Positions 1 to 10,289 of a stretch of 37,433 nt of DNA are shown one piece after another. Source of the stretch: Acidobacteriota bacterium. GTDB lineage: Bacteria; Acidobacteriota; Terriglobia; Acidiferrales; UBA7541. Each line of letters begins with the position of its first letter. Position 1 is the first letter of the stretch. The notes beneath the pieces were generated by a model. That model made no database searches and had not been told where the DNA came from. It worked only from the letters and a program-made list of their open reading frames with translations. The DNA lies in the NCBI GenBank assembly GCA_003161195.1, contig PMOV01000150.1, positions 2,556 through 39,988 on the forward strand, read 5' to 3'. Position numbers and translations under genes: made by a program.

Positions 1-1252
1 CTGGCACCACGGTCGCAGGCGGATTTGCTGCAAGCGCAGGCAAGCTATTTGCCGCGGGCGGGGCGAAGACTTTGGGGATGATATCCCCCGGGACGGGAGT
101 TGGAGCAGCGGTCTCGTGTACGCGATCGGGGAGCGCCGGCGACGCGGACGGTGACGTGGATGGCGACGCGGACGCAATCGGTGCTGATTCCTGAATGTCC
201 CCGAAATGCTTGCCGAGCGAGATGCGCCCGAGGGAGAGAGCAAAAGCGAAAGTGATCACCGCGAGCAGAAAGACGGCGGCGGCGATGTGCGCTCCGGATA
301 TTTCCAGAACGCGGGAGCGTGGGGTTCGAGCTTGCGGTGCAAAGACGGCTGCTGGAACCTGATCGTCACGCATATTTTTGGGAAAATCTTCGTCAAACGA
401 CGGTGGGTCCTCATCCGCATCCAGAATGAGGGGTGTCATGATCCTCGCGGCTTGCGACGCGGTCCACGCGAATCGTTCGGGCGTGTGCTCGTCTTGCTTG
501 TGGGAAACGCTCGCAAATAAATTTTGGCGTACGCTTTCGACGGTTGCGGAGCTTGCGGTTTCCATCGGAGCAGAGGCTACGGCGGCAAATTCCGGCGCGG
601 GCATTTGAACGGCGACTGCCGGAGCATCCATTCCCTGCTGCCTTTTGTTGCGTTGCGCGATTTCGATGAGCGTTGCTAGCCTGCCGCCAGCTTTGGCGAG
701 GGTGGCGAAGACGTAGGCGATATTCTCTGGGCTGCATTGCAACTGGCGCGCGGTGAGAGTCAGCCGGATGGTTTCGGCCACTTCCACTTGCTGGCTTTCG
801 GAAAGATAGCCCCGCAGCCCGGAATAGCATGCGCCGTTTTCGTAATTTTCCCGCCAAACATGCATGGCCTGGAGACGGCGTGTGGCGTCCTTCTGCGATT
901 CTCGTTCGAGCGGTTCTGGGGCGGCGGATTCGGCGGAGACTTGCTCGTCGGCGCTGGGTAACGCATCGCCGGGAAGCCCACTGCGCGGCAGGGCCATGGA
1001 GATTTCGGCCAAGGAGCCGCGCAATTCCTCGATGGTGTTGGACAGCAGAGACGTTTTACGGCAGAGCCAGTCGCCGCGGATTTTGTCGAAGTCGATTGCG
1101 GCGCGATAGTCGTCGGTTTCCAGCTTGAATATCGGCAACGGCTTGAGGGGTGGCCAATGGCCGGCCGAGAGTAAGTTCAACTCGGCCCGTTGCGCGGGAG
1201 ACAGGAAGCCGGCGAGATTGGGAGCGTGCTGACCCCGCGCGGGCGAATTCAT
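1..1252 (-). CDS. Hypothetical single-pass membrane protein, 3'-partial (runs off the left edge); possibly TonB-like
   Basis: Not in the ORF track because its stop lies outside the window. My translation from ATG 1252 is open for 417 codons: MNSPARGQHAPNLAGFLSPAQRAELNLL...; then a hydrophobic helix IAAAVFLLAVITFAFALSLG; then a Pro/Ser/Ala-rich linker (ASASPSTSPSASPALP...). Confidence 0.75.
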   Translation of the reverse strand, partial: MNSPARGQHAPNLAGFLSPAQRAELNLLSAGHWPPLKPLPIFKLETDDYRAAIDFDKIRGDWLCRKTSLLSNTIEELRGSLAEISMALPRSGLPGDALPSADEQVSAESAAPEPLERESQKDATRRLQAMHVWRENYENGACYSGLRGYLSESQQVEVAETIRLTLTARQLQCSPENIAYVFATLAKAGGRLATLIEIAQRNKRQQGMDAPAVAVQMPAPEFAAVASAPMETASSATVESVRQNLFASVSHKQDEHTPERFAWTASQAARIMTPLILDADEDPPSFDEDFPKNMRDDQVPAAVFAPQARTPRSRVLEISGAHIAAAVFLLAVITFAFALSLGRISLGKHFGDIQESAPIASASPSTSPSASPALPDRVHETAAPTPVPGDIIPKVFAPPAANSLPALAANPPATVVP

Positions 1253-1637
1253 GATGCGGCCCGCAACCGGCAGAGCATCTTTTCCCCGGCGAGAAAAACG
1301 TTCTGGCGAGCAATGCCGTGGCACTTGGTACAGGGCGCATACATCACTGTTCACCCCTTGCGGCCCCACTTAAGGATGCTCGTAAGCGTGGGAAGAAGCT
1401 GTCATAGATCAGCCCCGGGCGTCCGCAGTCGTAGATAGTCCATCCTAAACCCAGGCCAGGGGAATTAGTTGCAGGCTCCGGAGGACGAGGTTTGGTCTGG
1501 GGGATTTTTGAGCGCGTCGCGGGCGCGGTGGCCGGTAAGGCCAACCGTATCAATGATCTTCTTGTGGGGAGCTTATGGGGGTGGTTGGGGCTTGTGCAGT
1601 GAACGATGAGAATGCCCAGAAGTGTTTGGGACCTTGC

Positions 1638-1770
1638 TTATGTTTCCTCGCGGGCCGCGCGCTCCAGCCGGGCGCGCCGCAGGATGCAGGGTTGCTTGCG
1701 TTCGACGGCGATAAATGCCGGCTTTGCGCAGCTCCCCCAGCGCGGTGGTGGCGGATTCGCGATAAGGTCC
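1638..1770 (-). pseudogene. Remnant of a Crp/Fnr-family regulator C-terminal HTH (frameshifted)
   Basis: Minus strand reads GPYRESATTALGELRKAGI, then after a 1-nt frameshift IAVERKQPCILRRARLERAAREET-stop. This matches a Crp-type recognition helix (RES..T.AL..L...G.I) and wing. No cNMP-binding domain upstream. Confidence 0.65.
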
Positions 1771-2192
1771 GTATCCGTTGGTCCCATTTTCGATCTAATT
1801 CCTGAGGTTGCGAAACGGTATCTCGGAGATCGCAGAGAGTGTCAGTTATTAGCGGTATGGAAAGCAAATCGACACGCGCGCACTGTAAAAGAGTCTACAC
1901 CTTGCGCGTTCAGGCTTCCTCGGCCTTCCGTCTGCATTGGACGCGTGACGAATGGACGAGCGTCGCAGACACTGGTCTTCTGCCACCACTTTCGGAATTA
2001 CATTCGTGGACATTCCAATCGGTGCAAAGCAGGAGGCGCCCATGCGATTCAGTCCTTTCTGGACGGATAGCAATTCCTGGGGCGGCCACGACACGCGGTG
2101 CAGGTTGAAAAGCAAATCAGATATTGCTGGTGGTCCCAAACGCGTTGAAGAGATCAGGTTGTGAAAGCCGCGACAAATCAGGAGGGATAAAC

Positions 2193-3758
2193 GTGTCAAA
2201 CCTGAGCCATTTTGACGTCATCATCATCGGATCGGGAGCTGGCGGCGGAACGCTCGCCTATCATCTCGCGCCATCCGGTAAGCGTATTTTGCTTTTAGAA
2301 CGCGGGGGATATCTGCCGCGGGAAAAGGACAATTGGGACGCGCGAGCCGTGTTTGTCGACGAGAAGTATCGGGCCAAGGAAGTCTGGTATGACAAAGATG
2401 GGAACCCGTTTCACCCCGGGATCCAGTATTACGTGGGCGGGAACACCAAGGTTTATGGTGCTGCGCTGCTACGGCTTCGGCCAGAGGATTTTGGAGAAGT
2501 GCGGCATCACGGCGGGATTTCGCCGGCGTGGCCGCTCAGCTACGACGACTTCGAGCCCTATTACACGAAAGCGGAATCGTTATATCACGTGCATGGAGAG
2601 CGCGGGATCGATCCCACGGAAGGTCCGGCGAGCGCGCCGTATCCTTATCCCCCAGTGAGCAACGCGGCGCGGATTCAGGAATTGCGCGACGATTTACGGC
2701 GGCTTGGACATCATCCATTTCCTTTGCCGCTGGGGATCCTGCTGGAAGAAAAGGATGGCCACGCGTTGCACAACAGCGCTTGCGTGCGGTGCGCGGCGTT
2801 CGACGGCTTTCCGTGCCTGGTGAATGGCAAAGCGGATGCGCAGGTGTTATGCGTGGATCCCGCTCTCGAGCATCCCAACGTTCAGTTGCTTACCGGCGCG
2901 TACGTGAAACGTCTCGAAACCGATGCCTCGGGACGCGTGGTCACCAAAGTTTTGGTCGAGCATGATGGCCTGCCGGAGGAATATTCCGCGGACCTCGTGG
3001 TCGTGTCGTGCGGCGCGGTCAACTCTGCCGCGCTGCTGCTACGCTCCGCCAGTGAGAAGCATCCCAAGGGGCTGGCGAACCGTTCGGATGTAGTAGGCCG
3101 CCATTACATGCGCCACAACAATTCGGCGTTTATGGCCATTTCCAAAAACCCCAATCCCACGGTGTTCCAGAAAACGCTCGCGCTGAACGATTTCTACTTT
3201 CGTTCCGATGACTGGGAATTTCCATTGGGCTGCATTCAGATGCTGGGAAAGACTGATGGTGAAATGCTAAAAGGCGAGGCCCCGGGCTGGGCCCTTTGGA
3301 AACCGGAGTTTGCCATGGAGTACATAGCCGAACATTCCATCGATTTCTGGCTGCAATCGGAGGACTTGCCGGAGCCCGAGAACCGCGTCACCGTGAATAG
3401 CGCCGGAGAGATCACTCTGGCCCTGCACGAAACGAACGTGGAAGGCCATCGTCGCTTGATCGCCAAGCTCAAGGGCATGATGAACGACCTCGGCCTGCAC
3501 GACCATCTGATTTCTCGCGAGTTGTATCTCGGCAAGAATATTCCCATCGGTGGCACGGCTCATCAGGCCGGAACGGTTCGCTTCGGGAGCGACCCCGACA
3601 CCTCTGCGCTGGATCTAAACTGCAAAGCGCACGATTTGGATAACTTGTACGTTGTCGATGCCAGCTTTTTTGTGTCCATTGGCGCCGTGAATCCCAGCCT
3701 GACGATTATCGCCAATGCGCTGCGTGTGGGAGAGCATCTGCTGCGGCGGCTGGCATAA
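2193..3758 (+). CDS. GMC family (glucose-methanol-choline) FAD oxidoreductase
   Basis: N-terminal IIIGSGAGGG FAD motif, LLLERG, VGGNT, C-terminal AHQAGTVRFG and NLYVVDASFF...AVNPSLTI. Likely start is GTG 2193 behind RBS CAGGAGGG. Confidence 0.95.
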   Translation: MSNLSHFDVIIIGSGAGGGTLAYHLAPSGKRILLLERGGYLPREKDNWDARAVFVDEKYRAKEVWYDKDGNPFHPGIQYYVGGNTKVYGAALLRLRPEDFGEVRHHGGISPAWPLSYDDFEPYYTKAESLYHVHGERGIDPTEGPASAPYPYPPVSNAARIQELRDDLRRLGHHPFPLPLGILLEEKDGHALHNSACVRCAAFDGFPCLVNGKADAQVLCVDPALEHPNVQLLTGAYVKRLETDASGRVVTKVLVEHDGLPEEYSADLVVVSCGAVNSAALLLRSASEKHPKGLANRSDVVGRHYMRHNNSAFMAISKNPNPTVFQKTLALNDFYFRSDDWEFPLGCIQMLGKTDGEMLKGEAPGWALWKPEFAMEYIAEHSIDFWLQSEDLPEPENRVTVNSAGEITLALHETNVEGHRRLIAKLKGMMNDLGLHDHLISRELYLGKNIPIGGTAHQAGTVRFGSDPDTSALDLNCKAHDLDNLYVVDASFFVSIGAVNPSLTIIANALRVGEHLLRRLA

Positions 3759-3820
3759 TGTTTATTTGTAGTTACAACCGTATGCTCGTGTGCGATTCAC
3801 TGCAACGCCCCTAGCACAGC

Positions 3821-3855
3821 ATTAGCGGGCGGTCCCATAGTAACCGCCCGCTAAT
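3821..3855. terminator. Hairpin between convergent genes (probable bidirectional terminator)
   Basis: Perfect 13-bp stem ATTAGCGGGCGGT / ACCGCCCGCTAAT with a 9-nt loop, between the GMC and DegP/Q stop codons. Confidence 0.7.
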
Positions 3856-3891
3856 CAAGGACCCAAACCGATATACCCGTTTTGGGCCAGC

Positions 3892-5385
<1,494 letters not shown>

Positions 5386-5514
5386 CACTACTTTTCTCCT
5401 TATAATCGCGAGAATTCTTCCGTCGCCGGAGATCTCATCGCGGGCTTCCCGTAAACCTTCAGGTTTGGCGCCGGGCTTGCGGGGACTGCGCATAGCAAGC
5501 GTACGCACACGGGT

Positions 5515-5543
5515 TGAAATGAACATGAAATGAATCTAATTTC
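5515..5543 (-). promoter_or_regulatory. Tandem direct repeat, candidate OmpR-family response-regulator site upstream of degQ
   Basis: TGAAATGAA at 5515 and 5526 (11-bp period), followed by a degenerate third copy, located at about the -35 position of degQ. Confidence 0.5.
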
Positions 5544-5604
5544 TACTTAATGAAGGGACTGTAGAAGCTTCTGCGTATCCGAGCGTCACAAAGAGGGTCG
5601 GACT

Positions 5605-7023
5605 TTATACTTTGCCGGCAGTCCTATCCAGCGGCAGCCACACCGTAAACCGCGTGCCCTGCCCCGGGGCGCTTTCCGCCGTGATGCGTCCATGATGTTT
5701 TTCCACGATCCATCGCACGAGCGCCAATCCCAAACCCGCACCCGGTATGCGCTTCGAACGCGACGGCTCGGCTCTATAGAATCGTTCGAACACGTGGGGT
5801 AGCGCCTCAGCTGGGATGCCGATTCCTTCATCCGTTACCTGCAACTTCGCGCATCCGTTTTCCGCGGCTACGCTCAGTCGAATGCGTCCGCCATTTGGCG
5901 TAAATTTGATGGCGTTGTCCAGCAAGTTGAGGATTACACGTTCCAGCCAGGCCGCATCTCCGCGCGCGTAAACGCTCGGCTCCGCGGCCGTCTCGAGCCG
6001 AAGATTCTTCGCGGCAGCCACCGGCTCCAGTTGTTCGGCAAGACTAACCGCCAGGTGCGAAAGGTCGACGTTTTGCTCCGACCACCTGATTTCGCCCGCT
6101 TCCGCGCTCGCAAGAATCAACAGATCGTTAATCATGCGCGTCAGGCTATCGAACTCTTCCAACTGGCTGACTAGCAATCGGCGATAGTCTTCGACGGAAT
6201 GACCTTCGAGCAACGCAACTTCCGCTTCGCCGCGCAGGATGGTGAGCGGCGTCCGCAGTTCGTGCGAGATACTGGCTGTGAACTGCCGCATCTCGCCGAC
6301 CGAGTTCTCCAAGCGCACCAATGTTTCGTTGAAGGATTGTGCCAGCTCGTCCACTTCATCTCCAGCACCGCTCCGCGGCAGTCGCTGCTGCAGCTTGTCC
6401 ACGTCGATGCCACGCGCGGCAGCGGCCAGTTCCTTCATCGGACGGAGCGCCCTGCGGGACATCTGCCAGCCCAGCAGCGCCGAAACCAGAACCCCAAGCG
6501 GCGCCAAAAATAAGACCGAATGCAAAAAGCCCCGGCGTGCATCATCGGCGGATGAGAGAGGAATACCCACGCGAATCAAGAAGGAGTTGGCGATGTCCCC
6601 AGCTAAAACGGAATTATGAAAGCGGAAGTGCTCCTGGTTTAACTGTACATCCGTGAACTCCGGAGCCCCAGCAAGAGCACGCACCTGCTCCGGAGTGAGT
6701 GTTAGCCCGAGCAACGAAACGTCTTGCGATTGCACTACCAAGCCACCGTCGGGAAGCCGAAAGACCTGGTAATAACGCGCCGCGGAATGGACCAGGTATG
6801 CCTCCGCCGTGTTGTTCGGGTCGACTACAAGCTGCAATGTGCCATTCGCTACCCGCTGGTAGTTGTTCAGGAACGTAACGCGCTGCCGGAGTTCCTGCGT
6901 CAGATTGTGATCCATGATCAGGCTCAAAGAGTGATAAAAGAGCACGCCAAAAACAGCCAGCATGGCGGTGAGCATCAGGGAATAAAAGAGCGTGAGCCGT
7001 GCGCGAAGACCAAGTCTTCTCAT
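5605..7023 (-). CDS. Sensor histidine kinase with HAMP domain (CusS/CzcS-like)
   Basis: Two TM segments, HAMP, H-box SHELRTPL, N-box LLDNAIKF, DEGIGI, FERFYR, GAGLGL. Confidence 0.95.
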   Translation of the reverse strand: MRRLGLRARLTLFYSLMLTAMLAVFGVLFYHSLSLIMDHNLTQELRQRVTFLNNYQRVANGTLQLVVDPNNTAEAYLVHSAARYYQVFRLPDGGLVVQSQDVSLLGLTLTPEQVRALAGAPEFTDVQLNQEHFRFHNSVLAGDIANSFLIRVGIPLSSADDARRGFLHSVLFLAPLGVLVSALLGWQMSRRALRPMKELAAAARGIDVDKLQQRLPRSGAGDEVDELAQSFNETLVRLENSVGEMRQFTASISHELRTPLTILRGEAEVALLEGHSVEDYRRLLVSQLEEFDSLTRMINDLLILASAEAGEIRWSEQNVDLSHLAVSLAEQLEPVAAAKNLRLETAAEPSVYARGDAAWLERVILNLLDNAIKFTPNGGRIRLSVAAENGCAKLQVTDEGIGIPAEALPHVFERFYRAEPSRSKRIPGAGLGLALVRWIVEKHHGRITAESAPGQGTRFTVWLPLDRTAGKV

Positions 7024-7694
7024 GGCCGTTCGTCGGTCAGCATATAACCGACGCCCCGAATCGTGTGGATCAGTTGCGTCGGGAATTCGCGGTCAATTTT
7101 ATTCCGCAGCGTGTTGATGTGCACATCCACGACATTACTGACCGAATCGAAATGAATGTCCCACACATGTTCGATAATCATCGTGCGGGTGACCGTCCGG
7201 CGCGCGTTCCGCAGTAGAAACTCCAGCAAGGAAAATTCCTTCTGCTTCAAGTCGATTCTCCGTCCCGCACGCGTCACCGTCCGCGTGGCCGTATTCATTT
7301 CGAGATCCGCAAGCCGTAGTGTCGTGCTTTCCTGCGCTCCGCGACGCAATAAGGCCCTGATTCGGGCAGAAAGCTCGGCGAAGGCGAAAGGCTTCACGAG
7401 ATAATCGTTAGCGCCAGCGTCGAGACCTGCTACTTTGTTCTCCACCGCCCCCTTGGCGCTCAGAATCAACACGGGCAAACCGAGGTCGCGAGCGCGCAGG
7501 CGCCTTAAGAGTTCCAACCCGGGTAACTTCGGAAGCATCAGATCGACAATCGCCGCATCGTAGTCAAAGTTCTCGACTTGGTAGGCACCTTCCTCACCGT
7601 CGTGCGCAACGTCAACGGCGTACCCCTCTTGTTCGAGTCCCTTCTGAATAAAAGCAGCGACCTTGCGTTCGTCTTCGATGATCAGGATGCGCAT
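7020..7694 (-). CDS. OmpR/PhoB-family response regulator (CusR/CzcR-like)
   Basis: MRILIIEDE, phospho-acceptor IVDLMLP, DYLVKPF, winged helix NVVDVHINTLRNKID, TIRGVGY; 4-nt overlap with the kinase start. Confidence 0.95.
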   Translation of the reverse strand: MRILIIEDERKVAAFIQKGLEQEGYAVDVAHDGEEGAYQVENFDYDAAIVDLMLPKLPGLELLRRLRARDLGLPVLILSAKGAVENKVAGLDAGANDYLVKPFAFAELSARIRALLRRGAQESTTLRLADLEMNTATRTVTRAGRRIDLKQKEFSLLEFLLRNARRTVTRTMIIEHVWDIHFDSVSNVVDVHINTLRNKIDREFPTQLIHTIRGVGYMLTDERP

Positions 7695-8111
7695 CGGTTA
7701 GGCAATCGTCCTAAAGCGGCCTTTGGAGCGAAACATCTTGAGAATACACCTCCCGGAAAATGTATGGGACCAGGTGCAGCTGCCTGGCGATAAGACTCTT
7801 TGTGAATCGGCTGTGCGAAACAGAAATGGACGATCAGCCAGAAATAGATTATCGATCGACAAATTCAGATACTTCGAGATTAGAAAGGCGAAAACCGATG
7901 ACTCTGCACGCCGTTCGCTACGCTAGAGGTCACGCCCTGTACGCTGCTCAAACGAAACGCTTATCGAATCGGGAGAATGTCCATGCTGACCCCGGAAACG
8001 ATGTGTACAACTATTGCGCAACCCGAGCAGCTCGCAAACACGGAGTCGCCAAGCGATGGCCGAGTGCCTCAGTCCGGCCTCGAACTGCTCAATCGCCGGA
8101 GGAGCGCAAGC

Positions 8112-8219
8112 CTAGCTGCCAGGAAGAGCTTCTCGCAGAGATTGATGTACCTCCAAGCCACCGTTGTAGTCAATAAAACCGTTTTTCCTGAATCGATTCA
8201 GAAAAACGTTCACCCTTGG
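8112..8219 (-). pseudogene. Second Crp/Fnr-family C-terminal HTH remnant
   Basis: PRVNVFLNRFRKNGFIDYNGGLEVHQSL resembles the C-terminus (RV..F.N.FRK.GFI.YNG.L.VH.SL) of a common Crp-like subfamily. Upstream sequence has no recognisable cNMP domain. Confidence 0.7.
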
Positions 8220-8419
8220 GTTCTTGCGCAGCAGATAGTTTGCAACAGTCTTTCTCTCCACAGGGTTCAACGTAACTGTGGGTTCGTGGCCCTCTCTTAA
8301 CCTAGGCGCGTGAAGAGTCTGCCGCTGCCCCAAACTGCACATCTCTGAAGATTGAGTCGCTTTGGGAGTATTTTTCCTGTGCTCTGCAATTCCTAAATAA
8401 GTTGTCAAGCAGCGAAAGA

Positions 8420-8446
8420 CTGTCCACTAGCGCACAGTTTGTGCGC
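8420..8446. promoter_or_regulatory. Overlapping palindromes upstream of the PRC-barrel gene; candidate operator
   Basis: CTGT-N10-ACAG (8420-8437) overlaps the perfect inverted repeat GCGCACA-gtt-TGTGCGC (8430-8446), about 90 bp upstream of the start. Confidence 0.35.
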
Positions 8447-8536
8447 TCACATCCTGTCATGGTGCATATGGTCGCGGGCACCATGTCCCGAGAGAGATCG
8501 CGCCCGGCGACTCGAGGAACGAAAGGAATTCTTAAT

Positions 8537-9334
8537 ATGCTATGCCAAGCCAAAACACTGAGCGGGTACAAGTTGGAGTGCCTCGACGGAGAGATCGGGA
8601 AGGTGAAGGAGTTTTATTTCGACGACCGGTACTGGGCCATTCGCTACCTGGTGGCCGCTACCGGCGAGTGGCTTGTCGACAAGCAAGTGCTGGTCTCGCC
8701 GTATGCCCTCATCGCCGTAAATGAGGCAGAGAAGCACATTGCCATCGATTTAACCAAAAAGCAGATTGAAGACAGCCCGTCCCTGGCCACCGACAAGCCG
8801 GTCTCGCGGCAATTCGAGGAAGCCTATTACGGATACTACGAATGGCCAGGGTATTGGAGCGGACCGTACATGTGGGGGAGTTACTCGTACATCGAGCGTG
8901 ACCCCGTAGCATGGAAGAATTCCATAAAAGCCGAAAAGGCCTGGGATCACCATTTGCGCAGCACACATGCGGTGACGGGCTATCACATTCAGGCCTCCGA
9001 CGGCGAAATAGGCCACGTCGAGGATTTCCTCATCGACGAGGAGACTTGGGCGATTCGCTATTTGGTCGTGGCGACCAAGAATTGGTGGCCAGGGAAAAAG
9101 ATTCTGCTTTCGCCGCAATGGATTAAGCAAATTAGTTGGAGCGACTCGAAAGTCTTTGCGGATCTTTCCCGCGAGGCAATTCAGAAAGCTCCAGAATATA
9201 CAGCGGATTCGCTGGTAACTCGCGAGTATGAGACCGGACTGCACCGACATTACAGTCGTCCGGGATACTGGGTCGGGGATACGGTTCCTTTGCCGGCCAG
9301 CGCACCTATAGCAGCCAGTACCGGAAGGAAATAG
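8537..9334 (+). CDS. Tandem PRC-barrel domain protein
   Basis: Two repeats of DGEIGxVxxFxxDxxxWAIRYLVxAT..W...K.xLxSP. Start ATG 8537 behind AAAGGA. Confidence 0.92.
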   Translation: MLCQAKTLSGYKLECLDGEIGKVKEFYFDDRYWAIRYLVAATGEWLVDKQVLVSPYALIAVNEAEKHIAIDLTKKQIEDSPSLATDKPVSRQFEEAYYGYYEWPGYWSGPYMWGSYSYIERDPVAWKNSIKAEKAWDHHLRSTHAVTGYHIQASDGEIGHVEDFLIDEETWAIRYLVVATKNWWPGKKILLSPQWIKQISWSDSKVFADLSREAIQKAPEYTADSLVTREYETGLHRHYSRPGYWVGDTVPLPASAPIAASTGRK

Positions 9335-9379
9335 TTAAACCGAGGGACTCGCCCCCGAAAGAAAATAGAGGTTCCACTC

Positions 9380-9574
9380 ATGAAAAACGCCAGAAAGTCT
9401 GTAACCATCTTCAAGTCTCCATTGAGCAAAGAGATCGCCGCCAAGGACGATGCCGCGGCCAATGCGGAAGAGGTCGAGGAACAAATGGAGGAAGATAACG
9501 TGGAAAAGAAAGCTGCTGAGGATGCAACCGCGATCCCGGCCTCCAGCATGAGCGGCAGCGAAGGTTCGAAATAA
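9380..9574 (+). CDS. Small acidic, low-complexity hypothetical protein (64 aa)
   Basis: GAGG RBS, ATG start, co-oriented just after the PRC-barrel gene; E/D/A-rich. Confidence 0.6.
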   Translation: MKNARKSVTIFKSPLSKEIAAKDDAAANAEEVEEQMEEDNVEKKAAEDATAIPASSMSGSEGSK

Positions 9575-9586
9575 ACCGACAGTGGT

Positions 9587-9607
9587 TTGGGTTTCTGCTT
9601 GGGTTTC
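9587..9607. repeat. TTGGGTTTC direct repeat with 12-bp period; possible integrase arm-type sites
   Basis: Copies at 9587-9595 and 9599-9607, about 150 bp downstream of the tRNA-Sec 3' end. Confidence 0.35.
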
Positions 9608-9754
9608 GAGACCGTCTAATTCAACAGTTTACCTTCGCCAGTTTGCGGAGCACAAAACCGAATGCAACGAGGCAGGTCTCGATGTCGTCGCGCCGATGCC
9701 GGCGACGGGTTTGAATATCGTCCGGTCCGATGGCGCTGAATAGAGATTGGGACT

Positions 9755-9853
9755 TGGCGGAGGCGTGTGGGAGTCGAACCCACCATGCGTTCCGCGAAGG
9801 AACGTATCGACGGCTTTGAAGGCCGGGAAGGTCACCGGACCCTTTTCGCCTCC
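9755..9853 (-). tRNA. selC: tRNA-Sec (anticodon UCA)
   Basis: GGAGGCG-A-AA-AGGGTC CGGT GACCTT-CC-CGGC CTTCAAA GCCG-TC-long variable arm-GTGGG TTCGACT CCCAC-A-CGCCTCC-G-CCA. It has a 6-bp D stem with a 4-nt loop, UCA anticodon, long variable arm, G73 discriminator and encoded CCA. Confidence 0.93.
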
Positions 9854-9964
9854 AGGAAGGAGTATAGCTGAGGCGGCTTGAGCGGCGGACTGGCGCACAG
9901 GACTTTTTGAGTACTGCTGTGGTGCGGAGCATTGCAGTATAGTGGCGCGATGGTTATGCAATAG

Positions 9965-10174
9965 ATGCGTCCCCATCTGCGCTACGTCCGCTCGCTGTCG
10001 TGCCCGAAGTGTATGAGCACTGCCGTCACTCGCTCGCGGCGCCGCACGGCGTTGGAATCGTTTCTGCACACCTTTCTGCTGACCAGCCCCTACCGCTGCC
10101 ACGAGTGCAAATCGCGATTTCTGCGTTTTCACTTGCCTGCCGGGCGAGCGGCGTCCACCAAGAGCGCGGCGTAA
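9965..10174 (+). CDS. Small zinc-ribbon protein (CxxC...CxxC)
   Basis: CPKC...RSRRR...PYRCHECKSRF; TATAGT -10-like hexamer about 25 bp upstream. Confidence 0.7.
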   Translation: MRPHLRYVRSLSCPKCMSTAVTRSRRRTALESFLHTFLLTSPYRCHECKSRFLRFHLPAGRAASTKSAA

Positions 10175-10289
10175 CGCAGCAGTGCCAACACAGATACATT
10201 CGACATGCTTAATTTGCTATCAATAATTGAATAGTGGGCGACGAGGTATTCGACCGCGACGGTGCGAAGCGCGTGCCCGCAAGAGACCG

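Noticed and set aside
2042-2164. 40-aa ORF behind GGAGG upstream of the GMC gene
   Set aside because: The RBS is good, but there is no recognisable motif or other support; cannot be distinguished from a decayed fragment.
7700-8110. ORFs 7760-8176 and 7977-8300
   Set aside because: No family motifs, and they overlap the Crp remnant on the opposite strand; treated as degenerate spacer.
9621-10132. Minus-strand ORFs of 103 and 167 aa
   Set aside because: They overlap tRNA-Sec (and, for the longer one, the zinc-ribbon gene) and have no protein-like motifs.
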